Shown here piece after piece: positions 36,632 through 50,815 of a stretch of DNA of 64,000 nt (its first letter is position 1; each line of letters begins with the position of its first letter). The translations under genes and the position numbers were made by a program. The notes under the pieces are model-generated. The model searched no databases. It was not told the DNA's origin and saw only the letters and a list, made by a program, of their open reading frames with translations. The stretch spans positions 22,382,001 to 22,446,000 of the forward strand of contig OZ024752.1 in assembly GCA_964016885.1 (NCBI GenBank). Direction: 5' to 3'. This DNA comes from Eledone cirrhosa (taxonomy: Eukaryota).

Positions 36632-39208
36632 TACCATACCATACCACACCATACGATATCATACCACACCATACCATACTATACCGCACCATACCAGACC
36701 ATACTATACCACACCATACCATAGCATACCATATCATACCACACTATACTATACCATACTATACCATACTATACCATATTATACCATACTATACCACACC
36801 ATACCATACCATATCATACCATACCACACCATACCATACCATATCATACCACACCATACCACACCATACCATACCGCACCATACCAGACCATACTATACC
36901 ACACCATACCATAGCATAACATATCATATCAATCCATACCACTCCACACCATACCATACCACACTATACCATACCACACCATACTATACCATACTATACC
37001 ACACCATACCATACCATATCATACCACACCACACCATACCACACTATACCAAACCACATTATAACATACCACACCATACCATACCACACTATACCATACC
37101 ACACTATACTATACCATACCATACCATACCAAACTATACCATACCACACCATACCATATCATACCACACCATACTATACCGCACCATACCACACCACACC
37201 ATACGACACCATAACATACCATAACATACCATATCATACCACACCATGCCATACCATACCATACCACACTATACAATACCACACCATACCACACTATACC
37301 ATACCATACCCCACCATACCACACCATACCCTAACATATCACACTATACAATACCACACCATACCATACCCCACCATACCCTACCATATCACATCATACC
37401 CTACCATATCACACTATACAATAACACACCATACCACACTATACCATACCATACCACACCATACCCTACCATACCACACCATACCACACCATACCACACC
37501 ATATCACACTATAACATACCACACCATACCACACCATACCCTACCACATCAAACCACACCACACCATACCACCACACGATACCACAGCACACCACACTAC
37601 ACCACACCATACCACACCATACCACACCACACCATACCACACTACACCACACCACACCATACATTACCACCACACCATACCACACTACACCACACCATAC
37701 CACAACACCATACTATACTACCATATACCACACCACACCATACCACACCACACCATTCCATACCATACTATACCATACCACACCATAATATACCATACCA
37801 CAGCATACTATACCATACCACACCATACTATCCATACTATACTATACCATACCACAAGATACCACACCACACTATACCATACCACACCATACCACACCAT
37901 ATCACACCATACCATACCTTACCATACCATACCACACCGTACCACACCATACCACACCATATCACACCATACCATACCTTACCATACCATACCACACCGT
38001 ACCACACCACACCACCTCATACCACACCATACTATACCAAACCTTACCACACCACACCATCCCATACCACACCATACTATACCAAATCATACCATACCAT
38101 ACTATACCATACTATACCACACCATTCCATTCCACACCATACTATACCATACCATACAACACCTTACTATACCATACCACAATACTATACCATTCCACAC
38201 CACACCATGCCATACCAAACCATACCATACCACGACATACCATATCACACTACACTATAACATACCACACCATACCTTACCACAATATACCGTACACTAC
38301 CACATCGTACCAATACATTACCATACCACACAATACTACACTACACCACCCCATATGACACCATATAAACCATACCACACCATACTACACCATACCATAC
38401 CACTCCATACCATTACACACCATACCTCACCATACCACACCATATTATACCATACCTCACCATACCATACCCCACCATACCTCACTACACCACCCCATAC
38501 CACACAATATAAACCATACCACACCATACTACACCATACCATACCACACCATACCATATCACACCATACCTCACCATACCATACCACACCATACCACACT
38601 ACACCACCCCATACCACACCATATAAACCATACCACACCACACCATACCACACCATACCATACCACACCATACTACACCATACCATACCACACCATACCA
38701 TACCATATCATACCATACCATACCACACCATACCATACCATATCACACCATACCACACCATACCATATCACACCATACCATACCACACCATACCACACTA
38801 CAGCACCCCATACCACACCATATAAACCATACCACACCATACCATACCATATCACACCATACCTCACCATACCATACCACACCATACCACACTACACCAC
38901 CCCATACCACACCATATAAACCATACCACACCATACCATACCATACCACACCATACCTCACCATACCACACCACACCATTCCACACCATACCATACCATA
39001 TCACTCCATACCATACCACACCATACCACACCACACCACACCATACCATACCACACCATACCATACCATACCATATCACACCATACCATACCATACCACA
39101 CCATATACCATACCACACCATACCATACCATACCATACCACACCATACCATACCATACCACACCATACCATACCATACCATACCATACCATACCATACCT
39201 TACCTTAC
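36632..39208. repeat. Second (CCATA/CCACA)n satellite array
   Basis: Direct inspection; paralogous to 28970-32098. Confidence 0.97.
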
Positions 39209-39958
39209 TTAATCTCATACTTGACCTCTGAATATCTCTGTAGATATTCCTAAATTTTCTCCTAATTCCATATTTGAATTCTTACCGTATGATCTGGTTT
39301 AAACAATAATTAGGTCATCATTAAAAAGTGTTTAATTAATCTATACCAGCAGAATGGCCCGGCGTTGCTCGGGATTTGCTCTAGAGTTCTCATATATTTG
39401 ATATATATTTATCCGTATCGAGCCTCGTGAAATAAATACTTTTGTTTATATTTTGTTATTGTATATGCAAAAATATCTGTACACGAATATATAATTATAT
39501 ATATATATATATTAAAATAACAGATTAAAGTTTAAGCAAAGAATCGCTGCTTTCACCCTTAACAGATCTTCTGAAACTAAAATAAAAAATCAATCTGTGA
39601 ATGCAGAAGTACATATTTCGAAAAACGTTACACACTACGTCAATACTCATCTTTTTCCATTTATCTGAGGGTTCTAAACCCCATTATCAGACTAAAATTT
39701 CTTTAGTCAAAAATACGGTGGAAGCTATTCTATTTTCTAATTTCAAACCTGCTCACTTTCAAAACATACTTACTTGTCATATATATATAACAAAGGAATT
39801 GTGGTAAGGAACCAGATGGAGACCATAACGCACCAGAGTACTCAATACTTAGGGTAGTAGAGTGGGAAATAGGAAAAAGTATGACCCCCGACGGCAGAGT
39901 CAGTCCAGAAATAGCCGTCTCTGACAACTTGAGCTCTGCCGTCGGGGTCATACTTTTT

Positions 39959-40003
<45 letters not shown>

Positions 40004-40837
40004 GCACACACACTATATATACACACACACACACCACGTCATAATGTCGTAATGCAGACAGCCAGACATACAGGCAGATATTATAAGGGCGCAACGTTAT
40101 ATCTATGTATCTATCTAAAAAGAGAAAGACTAAGAGTTATAGAGAGAGATCGAGTTCTCGAGTTTTAGTGATCGGACAGACAGACAGACATTCTCTATTT
40201 TAGATATATAGATATATAGATATCTAAAACTCGAGAACCACCCAACCGATTGTTTTCAAACTTTACAAATGTAATACTTATGGCCCTGTGAGTGTTTTGA
40301 GAAAAGAAAATTTCAAATTTTCAATGCCTTAGGGGCCACATTAAGCGATTTAGCGATCTCTCTCTATAATTCTTAGTTTTTCTTTTTTTAGATAGATACA
40401 TAGATATAACGTTGCACCCTTATAATATCTGTCTGTATGTCTGGCTGTCTGCATTATGACATTATGACGCTGTGTGTGTGTGTGTATATATGTATATATA
40501 GTGTGTGTATATATATAGTGTGTAACGTTTTTCGAAATATGTACTTCTGCGTCCACAGATTGATTTTTTTTATTTTAGTTTCAGAAGATCCCGTTAGGGT
40601 GAAAGCTGCGATTCTTTGCTTAAACTTTAATCTGTTATTTTAATATATATATATATAATTATATATTCGTGTACAGATATTTTTGCATACACAATAACAA
40701 AATATAAACAAACGTATTTATTTCACGAGGCTCGATAAGGATAAATATATATTAAATATATGAGAACCCTAGAGCAAATCCCGAGCAACAGATAAAATGA
40801 TGAAATTAATTCTTATAATATTATTTACTCATTACAG

Positions 40838-41959
40838 GATGATACAGTGTGTGCCTTGTGTTCAAAGAAGGCAGATGTCCAACCAGATGAAACTAAGATA
40901 GATCTGATGTGTAAGGAGGAAGACCAAATTGAAACATGTCATAACGAAGAACACCTAACTGAGAGAGGTTATAAAGATGAACACCAAATTATGATATATA
41001 ATGAAGAAGTACACCAGGCTGAGAAAGGTCATAAAGATGGATACCAAATTCTCATATGTCATGAAGACATACAACAAACTCAGAAAGGTCATAAAGATGA
41101 ACTAATAACTGTGGTATGTCATAAAGGTGTATACCAAACTAAGACAGATCATCAACTGGAACTAAAAATTGAAACAGGTCATAAAGAAGAACTCCACACT
41201 GTGACAGGTCATAAAGAGAAGCTCAACACTGAAACAGGTCATAAAGAAGAACTCCAAACTGAGGCAGGTCGTAAAGTAGAAATCCAGACTGAGACAGGTC
41301 ACAAAAAGGAACTTCAAACTCTAGTATGTGATAAAGAGGAACTCCAAACAGTGACAGGTCATAAAGAGAAACTCCAAACTGAGATGGGTTATAAACAGGG
41401 ACTCCTTACTGAGATGGGTCATAAACAGGAACTCTTTACTAAGATGGGTCATAAACAGGAATTCCTTACTAAGATGGGTCATAAACAGGAACTCCTTACT
41501 GAGACAGGTCATAAAGAGGAACCCCATGAGAGAGGTCATAAAGAGGGACTCCAAACTGAGACAGGTCATAAAAAGGATCCCCCCACTGTGACAGGTCATA
41601 AACAGGATCTCCAAACTGAGACAGGTCATAAAGAACTCCAAATTGAGGCAGGTCATAAAGAAGAACTCCAAACTGAGACAGGTCATAAAGAGGAACTCCA
41701 AATTGAGACAGGTCATAAAGAGGAACTCCACATTGTGACAGATCATAAAGATGAACTCCTTACTAGGATGGGTCATAAAGAGAAACTCCACACTGTGACA
41801 TGTCATAAAGAAGAACTCCACATTGAGATGGGTCATAAACAGGAACTCCACATTGGGATGGGTCATAAAGAGGAACTCCTTACTGAGATGGGTCATAAAC
41901 AGGAACTCCTTACTGAGACAGGTCATAAAGAGGAACTCCGGAATAATTCAGTCATCCAC
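40838..41959 (+). CDS. Second copy of the candidate 11-aa-repeat exon (possible phase 0-0 exon of 1122 bp)
   Basis: Same acceptor; open frame with two 30-bp units; possible donor CAC|GTAAGA at 41960. Confidence 0.45.
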
Positions 41960-42153
41960 GTAAGAAATGAGCATAAAAATCTGAAAACTTTCCTGAGCTT
42001 CATTAATGAAGTACATATTCACTTTTCTAAAAACGCCAGCACCAACAGTTTTGCAAGAGATGTCAACATGAATGGACCTGTTATTTTTATCTAAAGACAT
42101 TTTTTCCAATTCCAACCCGCCCGTCCCCTCAATCTATCGTATTTCTCATTCTT

Positions 42154-42189
42154 TCTTCTGATGAAGGCCTAGCGGCCAAAACATTAAGA
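42154..42189 (+). ncRNA. Degenerate type I hammerhead in a Penelope-like terminal fragment (~41940-42277, ending in (TA)n)
   Basis: TCTT CTGATGA a GGCC tagc GGCC aAAA CA TT AAGA; G12 mutated to A; flanks resemble the 48.1-kb copy. Confidence 0.65.
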
Positions 42190-42275
42190 CCCTCTTCCTG
42201 CTATATCAAGCGTTAATCTAATATATCCCTTCCATATACTGCACTGATTGTGTTGTTATTTCTGTTTACCTTTTA

Positions 42276-43747
<1,472 letters not shown>

Positions 43748-44350
43748 TAAACGAATTGAGAGAGAGACTAAGCATAAGAGGTATCAAATGTTGTGTTTTG
43801 GAGGGGAGATTGCGTTCGTATGGCCATGTGATGCGTGTGAAGGATGACAGCTGTATAAAAAAGTGCCGGGCAATGAAAATTAATGGAAGCTGCGTAGTGG
43901 CTAGACCAAGAAAAACCTTGGACAAGGTGATAAAAACTGACCTTGCCCACCTACACCTCTCTAAGACAATGACACTGGATCAAGACCTTTGGCACCATGC
44001 AGTTGTACAGAAGACCGGACTACCATTGCATACAAATCTACAGTTAGTAGGCACCTCTTAACACAATATACACCCCACGCCACGAACCCTACCCCATCCT
44101 CCCTCTCCTGTTCTGTCGACTGTGCCGATGACACAACAGTCCACACAGTAAGGTGGCCGTGTATGAGACATGGTGAAAAGGCTCCCAGTCCACACTGTAA
44201 ATGTGGTTGGTGTTAGGAAGGGCATCCAGCTGTAAAAAATCTGCCAGAGGCACTTCTGTACGAGCGAGACACGCATCAAATGGAACAAAAAGCGTCTAAC
44301 CCATGTTAGCGTGGAAGCTGGACGTTAAACGATGATGATGATGATGATGA
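43748..44350 (+). mobile_element. Second short RTE 3' end directly after the previous (GAT)n tail
   Basis: INELRERLSIRGIKCC...; tail GGACGTTAAAC(GAT)n. Confidence 0.88.
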
Positions 44351-44398
44351 TATATATACAGTCAACTTTCCATGTCAGTATGCATATATATATATATA

Positions 44399-44503
<105 letters not shown>

Positions 44504-44735
44504 TATATATAAACAATTAAGTTAAAAATGTACATCCACATATGTATACTGAAATACTAGTATGCATATGAATACACACACGTATACATATGTAGATGTA
44601 CCGAGTTTTTCACTGGTCACTTTACTGTGAGTGTCCAGCTATTCTGTATGTAAACACACAGACAAACCGGTTTTTAGAGTCATACTGGTTTTTGAGGAAA
44701 CACCTTTCCTCTATTCTCCAGAAAGCCAGACAAGG

Positions 44736-44780
44736 AACGTTGAACTAGTTTCGATGTTGTTACATCTCATCAGCAATATT
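44736..44780 (-). ncRNA. Minimal type I hammerhead ribozyme
   Basis: Minus strand: AATATTG CTGATGA GATGT aaca ACATC GAAA CTAG TT ^ CAACGTT. Confidence 0.88.
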
Positions 44781-45302
44781 TACCTATCTTCCGGCCTCTC
44801 TAGAGAATCGTAAAAGCACATTTCGTTATATGCTTTTTCTATGAAAATTAGTAGTGGGCAGACTAATTTCTTGTCAACGTTCCTTGTCTGGCTTTCTGGA
44901 GAATAGAAGAAAGGTGTTTCCTCAAAAACCAGTATGACTCTAAAAACCGGTTTGTCTGTGTGTTTACATACAGAATAGCTGGACACTCACAGTAAAGTGA
45001 CCAGTGAAAAACTCGGTACATCTACATATGTATACGTGTGTGTATTCATATGCATACTAGTATTTCAGTATACATATGTGGATGTACATGTTTAACTTAA
45101 TTGTTTAAGCGTCAGTCATACAAAAGTGAGTTACAAACGAAACGAAATTTAATTTCGTTTCGTTATTTGTTTTTATCGTCTCCGTTGAACCGGTACTTAC
45201 TCACACTCTATGCAAGTTAGTCTGCCCACTACTAATTTTCATAGAAAAAGCATATAACGATATGTGCTTTTACGATTCTCTAGAGAGGCCGGAAGATAGG
45301 TA

Positions 45303-45347
45303 AATATTGCTGATGAGTTGTAACAACAACGAAACTAGTTCAATATT
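45303..45347 (+). ncRNA. Minimal type I hammerhead ribozyme (best-formed copy)
   Basis: AATATTG CTGATGA GTTGT aaca ACAAC GAAA CTAG TT ^ CAATATT; perfect 7-bp stem I, 5-bp stem II with G10.1-C11.1. Confidence 0.9.
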
Positions 45348-45634
45348 CCTTGTCTGGCTTTCTGGAGAATAGAGGAGAGGTGTTTCCTCAAAAACCAGTA
45401 TGACTCTAAAAACCGGTTTGTCTGTGTGTTTACATACAGAATAGCTGGCCACTCACAGTAAAGTGACCAGTGAAAAAACTTGGTACACCTACATATGTAT
45501 ACGTGTGTGTATTCATATACATACTAGTATTTCAGTATACATATATGGATGTACATCTTTAACTTAATTGTTTAAGCGTCAGTCATACAAAAGTGAGTTA
45601 CAAACGAAACGAAATTTAATTTCGTTTCGTTATT

Positions 45635-45716
<82 letters not shown>

Positions 45717-45723
<7 letters not shown>

Positions 45724-46132
45724 TAACAGATTAAAGTTTAAGCAAAGAATCACTGCTTTCACCCTTTGCGGGATCTTCTGAAACTAAAAAAATCAATCTG
45801 TGAACGGAACGCAGAAGTAAATATTTTGAAAAACGTTACACACTATATATATACACACACTATATATACATATATACACACACACACATATAGCGTCATA
45901 ATGTCGTAATGCAGACAGCCAGACATACAGACAGATATTATAAGGGAGCAACGTTATATCTATGTATCTATCTAAAAAGAAAGACTAAGAATTATAGAGA
46001 GAGATCGCTAAATCGCCTAATGTGGTCTCTAGGGCATTGACAATTTGAAATTTATTTTGCTCAAAACACTCACAGGAGCATAAGTATTACATTTTTAAAG
46101 TTTGAAAACAATCGGTTGGGTGGTTCTCGAGT
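45717..46132 (-). mobile_element. Partial copy of the Helitron-like family
   Basis: Collinear with ~49051-49484. Confidence 0.75.
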
Positions 46133-46214
46133 CGTTGCTAAGACGTTGATTCACCAAAATAATACGTTTTTATACGTGAATTAATTTCTCTCTGGGAAAT
46201 TTCTAAAAAAAAAG

Positions 46215-46690
46215 CAGTAAGGTAATCTGTAATCCAAGACTGTATGCAGATGAATGTGATCTTTTTGCACCAAGTGACATGCAGCATACATGTATGGAAA
46301 GAAACTAAAAGTTGCTAACAAGTTTCTGTACGTTGAACAATTGATGGGACGGCTGCATGATGGTATTACTATCAAAATAAAGGTGAAAATGTATCTCCTC
46401 TTAGTGTAGCACCTGAAGGAACTGGAGAGATTTCACCAACAATCTCTTCGTAAGTTACTTGGTGTGCGATAGAAAGTGATCATCAGTGATTTGGAAGTTC
46501 GCGAACGGGATATGTGCGTCATCTTTCGCTATCAGTTGTCCGGATGTTTTTGATCATCATATTCTAAAGCAATTGTGTGAAGGTAGACACAACTGTGTGA
46601 AAGTATACAGAAACCAAAAATGCGGTGTCGGGACTGTATCAGGGAGAAACTGGCCTGTGAAGTGGAGACGTTTGATCAAGACAATTGTTT
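46215..46690 (+). mobile_element. Ancient RTE-like RT/C-terminal remnant
   Basis: Hand translation gives LYADECDLFAPSDMQH and HLKELERFHQQSLRKLLG...ISDLEVRER. Confidence 0.65.
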
Positions 46691-46699
46691 TTTTATATA

Positions 46700-47660
46700 G
46701 TTGGTATTTGGTCCATACAACTTCAGTTCACTTTGCTTTATGAGCAGGTATCATAGAGGGTTCAGTGAGAGGACGAAAAGCAGCACTGATAAAATAAAAG
46801 ATACCTTTCTGGTAGTGTATTGTATCAATTTTCTGACCAGTTCTTGGTCAGGCATTCAACAGCAGCTACTTGTTAATTCAACCATGAGGTACACTATCAA
46901 AACCCTTCTGATTGTCCAGCCACACCACAGTCGTGTTCGTACGGTTCTTAGTTTATCTAATCAGCACAATGATCCTGCAAGAACAGATTAAGACACCCAG
47001 ATACATAATGTTCTGGCAGGCTATTGGGTAGTAATTTTTAGCATGGGTGATCTGGGTATTTCCCTAAATAGCCAGATCACCCTTGATGAGACATTACGCA
47101 GTTTTCTTTACTGTAATGGGTTCTCTATCTTGCCGATAGAATGTGAAATTATTCAGCCAGTATCCTGTTATGAAGTCTGTAGAGCTGTTTCCAATAAATG
47201 GTTTGAATGTTTGTTTGCTAAATCCGTCATTTGTTTCCCATATAGATGTCCAATTCTCAACCTCTTCTTTTGTCGGGGTGTCATTTACAGGGATTGAGCT
47301 GCTTCCATAAACTGCGATAAACTGATTTAGGTGTAGTTTGGAGTTTGTATCTCCAAATTGTCTCTATCGTCTTCCTGACACCATCAGAATGTGCTCGGGG
47401 ACAAAATTTTATATTTTAAATTACACATCCACGCTAGTTCAGGCTTTCTGTTTCTATTTTGTTTGCATGGTTTTAGAATAGCTGAATATGATAGCTGAAA
47501 CATATAACAAAATATTAAGCAATTCAGATAATTGTCAACTATTTCATTCACTGAAGCAATTCCCATTTAGATCTTTTTTGATTCTGGTGGTTTTTTTGGT
47601 AATGGTCTGTTTTGTCATAATTAGATTTAAAGCTTGGATTTCCTTTCAATAAAATAAAGA
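46700..47660 (-). mobile_element. Ancient R4/Dong-like non-LTR RT remnant
   Basis: Hand translation of the minus strand gives KNYYPIACQNIMY, LDNQKGFDSVPHG, LSVLLFVLSLNPL; heavily deleted; outer boundary uncertain. Confidence 0.55.
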
Positions 47661-48039
47661 ACTCACACTACTTTTATAGTTATAATTTGATTATTTCATT
47701 TTTTTACATATAATTCAAGACATAAGTATTTTCTGTTTATTTATGCTTGTTTGAAGGGGCTGCATATTTTCTGGAGTAATCAATACTGTTCCAAAATAAT
47801 TGACATCTTCTAAAAGCCACTCTAGGTTCGAGCTGTGTGTTTTGGATCATTACTTACGGTGTGTCTTGGATCATTACTTACGGTGCAAACAAGATACTTA
47901 TCTGCGAACAAGATAAAAAGAAGGAAAAAATTAGTGTGATAGTGAGGAAAAGTTATATATGTGGACTTTAAACGGTGATGATGATGATGACGATGATTAT
48001 ATATGTAATCATCATCATCACTAATTAAAGTCTGCAGTA

Positions 48040-48655
48040 ATATGGGCTTTGTGGAAAAGGCAAACAGAGATAACAAAGCAAATGATACGATACACTGAAA
48101 GAATATATTATTACTTTTCTCCCTGAAGGGTCTTAACATTTCGGACGCTAGTCCTTCATTAGAAAATAGAGTCAGAAATTAAAGAAGAAATAGAAAGATA
48201 GAGGAGAGTGGGCAGCGGCAGAACCTAAAAAAATTTCTGGAAAAAAATAATCTCTCTTGTCTATGCAAAATGGACGGTAAGATGAGGGCAACGTAAAGAC
48301 GCTAAGATGAGGGCAACGTAAAAGAGAAAAACATTCCAGTCTATTCACTTTGAAATTAGATCTATATTTAAAATCTTTAAACCACTTTCAAGTGTTTTTT
48401 AAAGTTTGCTGTAGAAGCAGGAGGATGTCAATTATTGTATGTATTATCTCATGGAATCAAATTTCTTGTGTAGATTGTTGTGTTTAAGTTGTGTGTGTAC
48501 ATGTAGATGTTTCCTTAAGAATTGTGTGCTGAGTTCTAATCTGTTATTTATGTTTGTTGAGTCTACATATAATCAAGGCTTCCCTAATTCTTAAATTGCC
48601 CACATTTCTGACTCTGGCTTCAATATTGACTATTTACAATAGTTTATAACTTTGC
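48040..48655 (-). mobile_element. Penelope-like element 3' remnant (GIY-YIG C-terminus plus terminal region with hammerhead)
   Basis: Minus strand reads VNIEARVRNVGNLRIREALII; hammerhead lies ~400 nt downstream. Confidence 0.65.
48131..48166 (-). ncRNA. Degenerate type I hammerhead (Penelope-type)
   Basis: Minus strand: TTTT CTaATGA a GGAC tagc GTCC GAAA TG TT AAGA; G5 mutated to A. Confidence 0.65.
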
Positions 48656-48699
48656 CCATTAATCCGTATGGTGAGCAAATGGGGTCCCACGAGCTGGCC

Positions 48700-48797
48700 T
48701 ACCCACAGCCACTGCAGACAGGATGGAGAAGGTGTTTCCCCGGAGGATGGTAAGGGAGATGCACTGGAAGAGCCATTTCAACTGCCGAGGCTCACAC
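48700..48797 (-). mobile_element. Small CRE-like RLE LINE C-terminal fragment
   Basis: EPRQLKWLFQCISLTILRGNTFSILSA resembles the LFQRISxAIQRGN motif. Confidence 0.5.
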
Positions 48798-48878
48798 TGT
48801 TTTTAGTTTCAGAAGATCGCGTTAAGGGTGAAAGCAGCAATTCTTTGTTTAAACTTTAATCTGTTATTTTAATATATA

Positions 48879-49013
48879 CTAGCAGAATGGCCCGGCGTTG
48901 CTCGGGATTTGCTCTAGGGTTCTTATATATTTGATATATATTTATCCTTATCGAGCTGCGTGAAATAAATACGTTTGTTTATATTTTGTGTATGCAAAAG
49001 TATCTGTACACGA

Positions 49014-49058
<45 letters not shown>

Positions 49059-49177
49059 TAACAGATTAAAGTTTAAGCAAAGAATCGCTACTTTCCCCCT
49101 TAACGGGATCTTCTGAAACTATAATAAAAAATCAATCTGTGAACGCAGAAGTAAATATTTCGAAAAACGTTACACAC

Positions 49178-49210
<33 letters not shown>

Positions 49211-49534
49211 TATATATAAACACTCACACACACACACATATACAGCTACGTCATAATGTCGTAATGCAGACAACCAGACATACAGACAGATATTATAAGG
49301 GCGCAACGTTATATCTATGTATCTACCTAAAAAGAGAAAGACTAAGAGAGAGAGAGATCGCTAAATCGCCTAATACGGTCCCTAGGGTATTGAAAATTTG
49401 AAATATTATTTGCTCTGAACACTCATAGGACCATAAGTATTACATGTGTAAAGTTTGAAAACAATCGGTTGGGTGGTTCTCGAGTTTTAGTGATCAGACA
49501 GACAGACAGACATTCTCTGTTTTAGATATATAGA
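48879..49534 (-). mobile_element. Complete ~650-bp non-autonomous Helitron-like element; a second CTAG-ended piece at 49535-49703 (+)
   Basis: Minus strand A|TCTATATATC...(GTCT)n...CCCGAGCAACGCCGGGCCATTCTG-CTAG|T; no TSD. Confidence 0.85.
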
Positions 49535-49714
49535 TATATATATAATTATATATTCGTGTACAGATATTTTTTTTATAAGCACAAAATGTAGACACCATCC
49601 CGAGGCTGAGGTATTCCTTACTTCTCTGTACTGTTTCAGAAAGGAGGGATAAACATGCCAATCTATGTTTAGAATCCCGAGCAACGCCGGGGCATTTCGC
49701 TAGTAAATTATATA

Positions 49715-50420
49715 TTAAAACATTATAAAGTTGTATGATGCTATTTGCCACAACATTGCTTTTAACTGCTTCAATGGTGACTTCTGTGATACAATACACA
49801 AATATTAACATTCTCAACACACATACACACATATATATATATCTATTATCTACTTCAAAAGGTGTATACACATATATGTTGTTGTTGTTATTGTCACTGC
49901 CACTGTCGTATCCTTCCTCTTGTTAATGGTAGTGTTAGTTGATACCGATACATATTTCGGCTGCCAGGCTGGTTGCTGGGGCTCGAATGCCTTCTTTCCC
50001 TCAAGATGTGGGGTCGTTGTTATTGTCACTGTTGCTGTCATTGCCTTCCTCTTGGTAATGGTAGTGATAATTGTAGAATGTATGTGTGTTGAAGAATTCC
50101 TTAATGCAGGTATGGAGTGGTCGAGTCATACTACCAATGTAAAACTCCTTACATTTGTTGCATTCAATCCGGTATACCACATGTGTCGCTATCACATACC
50201 TATGACGCAGATAGGACAGTTAGTTAACATGCATTGATTGTTGTTGTTAGATAGGTATCCCTGCAGTGAGCTAATTGTATGTCCAGTCCTTCCTTGCCTG
50301 CAGATGGCTCTGAGGATAGCTGTGGTTATGTTTTCACTGAAGTGTGGTACTTTCATGAAGTAGGTGTTAGAGGAGGTCTTATGACTGGTCTCTCTCGTCT
50401 CTGTAGTTATTACTGTCATG
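49715..50420 (-). mobile_element. Penelope-like linker and GIY-YIG endonuclease remnant
   Basis: KVPHFSENITTAI...CMLTNCPIC followed by VVYRIECNKCKEFYIGSMTRPLHTCIKE (ORFs 50192-50419, 50001-50195). Confidence 0.82.
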
Positions 50421-50574
50421 TCTGTCTTTGTATAGCAAATATATCGTAATATCTAACATGTCTTTCTGTTAATGAAATGTAATTAATCATAAAAGACTCA
50501 CCAAGTCACAAATGATACTTGTACTGTTTTGGTTCTGGGTCAAGCTGAAATATAAAAAGATAAAAATTATTGAT

Positions 50575-50815
50575 GAACCTTCCCTGTTTTAATTTTATTG
50601 TTATCTTTTTTTAACATTGTTAAAATTTGTTTACATGTAGAACCCACACCCCAACACACACACCAACACACATACCAACACACCCCAACACACACACCAA
50701 CACACATGCCAACCGACCCCAACACACTATGTTTTCGTCCTGTACTGTCATAATGTTTTTCTTGATGTAAACCTTCTGTGGTTGATAGAGAAACAATTAT
50801 TGTTATTATCATTAT
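50575..50815 (+). mobile_element. Old Tx1-like 3' end preceding the next element
   Basis: CGTCCTGTAC...TAATGTTTTTCTTGATGTAAACC...TGTGG then degenerate (TTA)n; homologous to 55441-55551. Confidence 0.65.

Larger units (their letters stand above)
28774..41938. repeat. Tandem segmental duplication: unit 1 28774-36435, unit 2 36436-~41938 (AT-rich leader, pentamer satellite, Helitrons, 33-bp-repeat ORF)
   Basis: 28774-28990 matches 36436-36652; 32100-32817 matches 39495-40212; 34600-35900 matches 40213-41490. Confidence 0.92.
44511..45640. mobile_element. Hammerhead-bearing repeat family B: inverted arm 44511-44867 (-), then a 466-bp monomer 44875-45340 and a partial unit 45341-45640 (+); (TA)n on both sides
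   Basis: Arms align by eye; the same short ORF appears on both strands (44631+, 44780-, 45270-). Confidence 0.85.
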
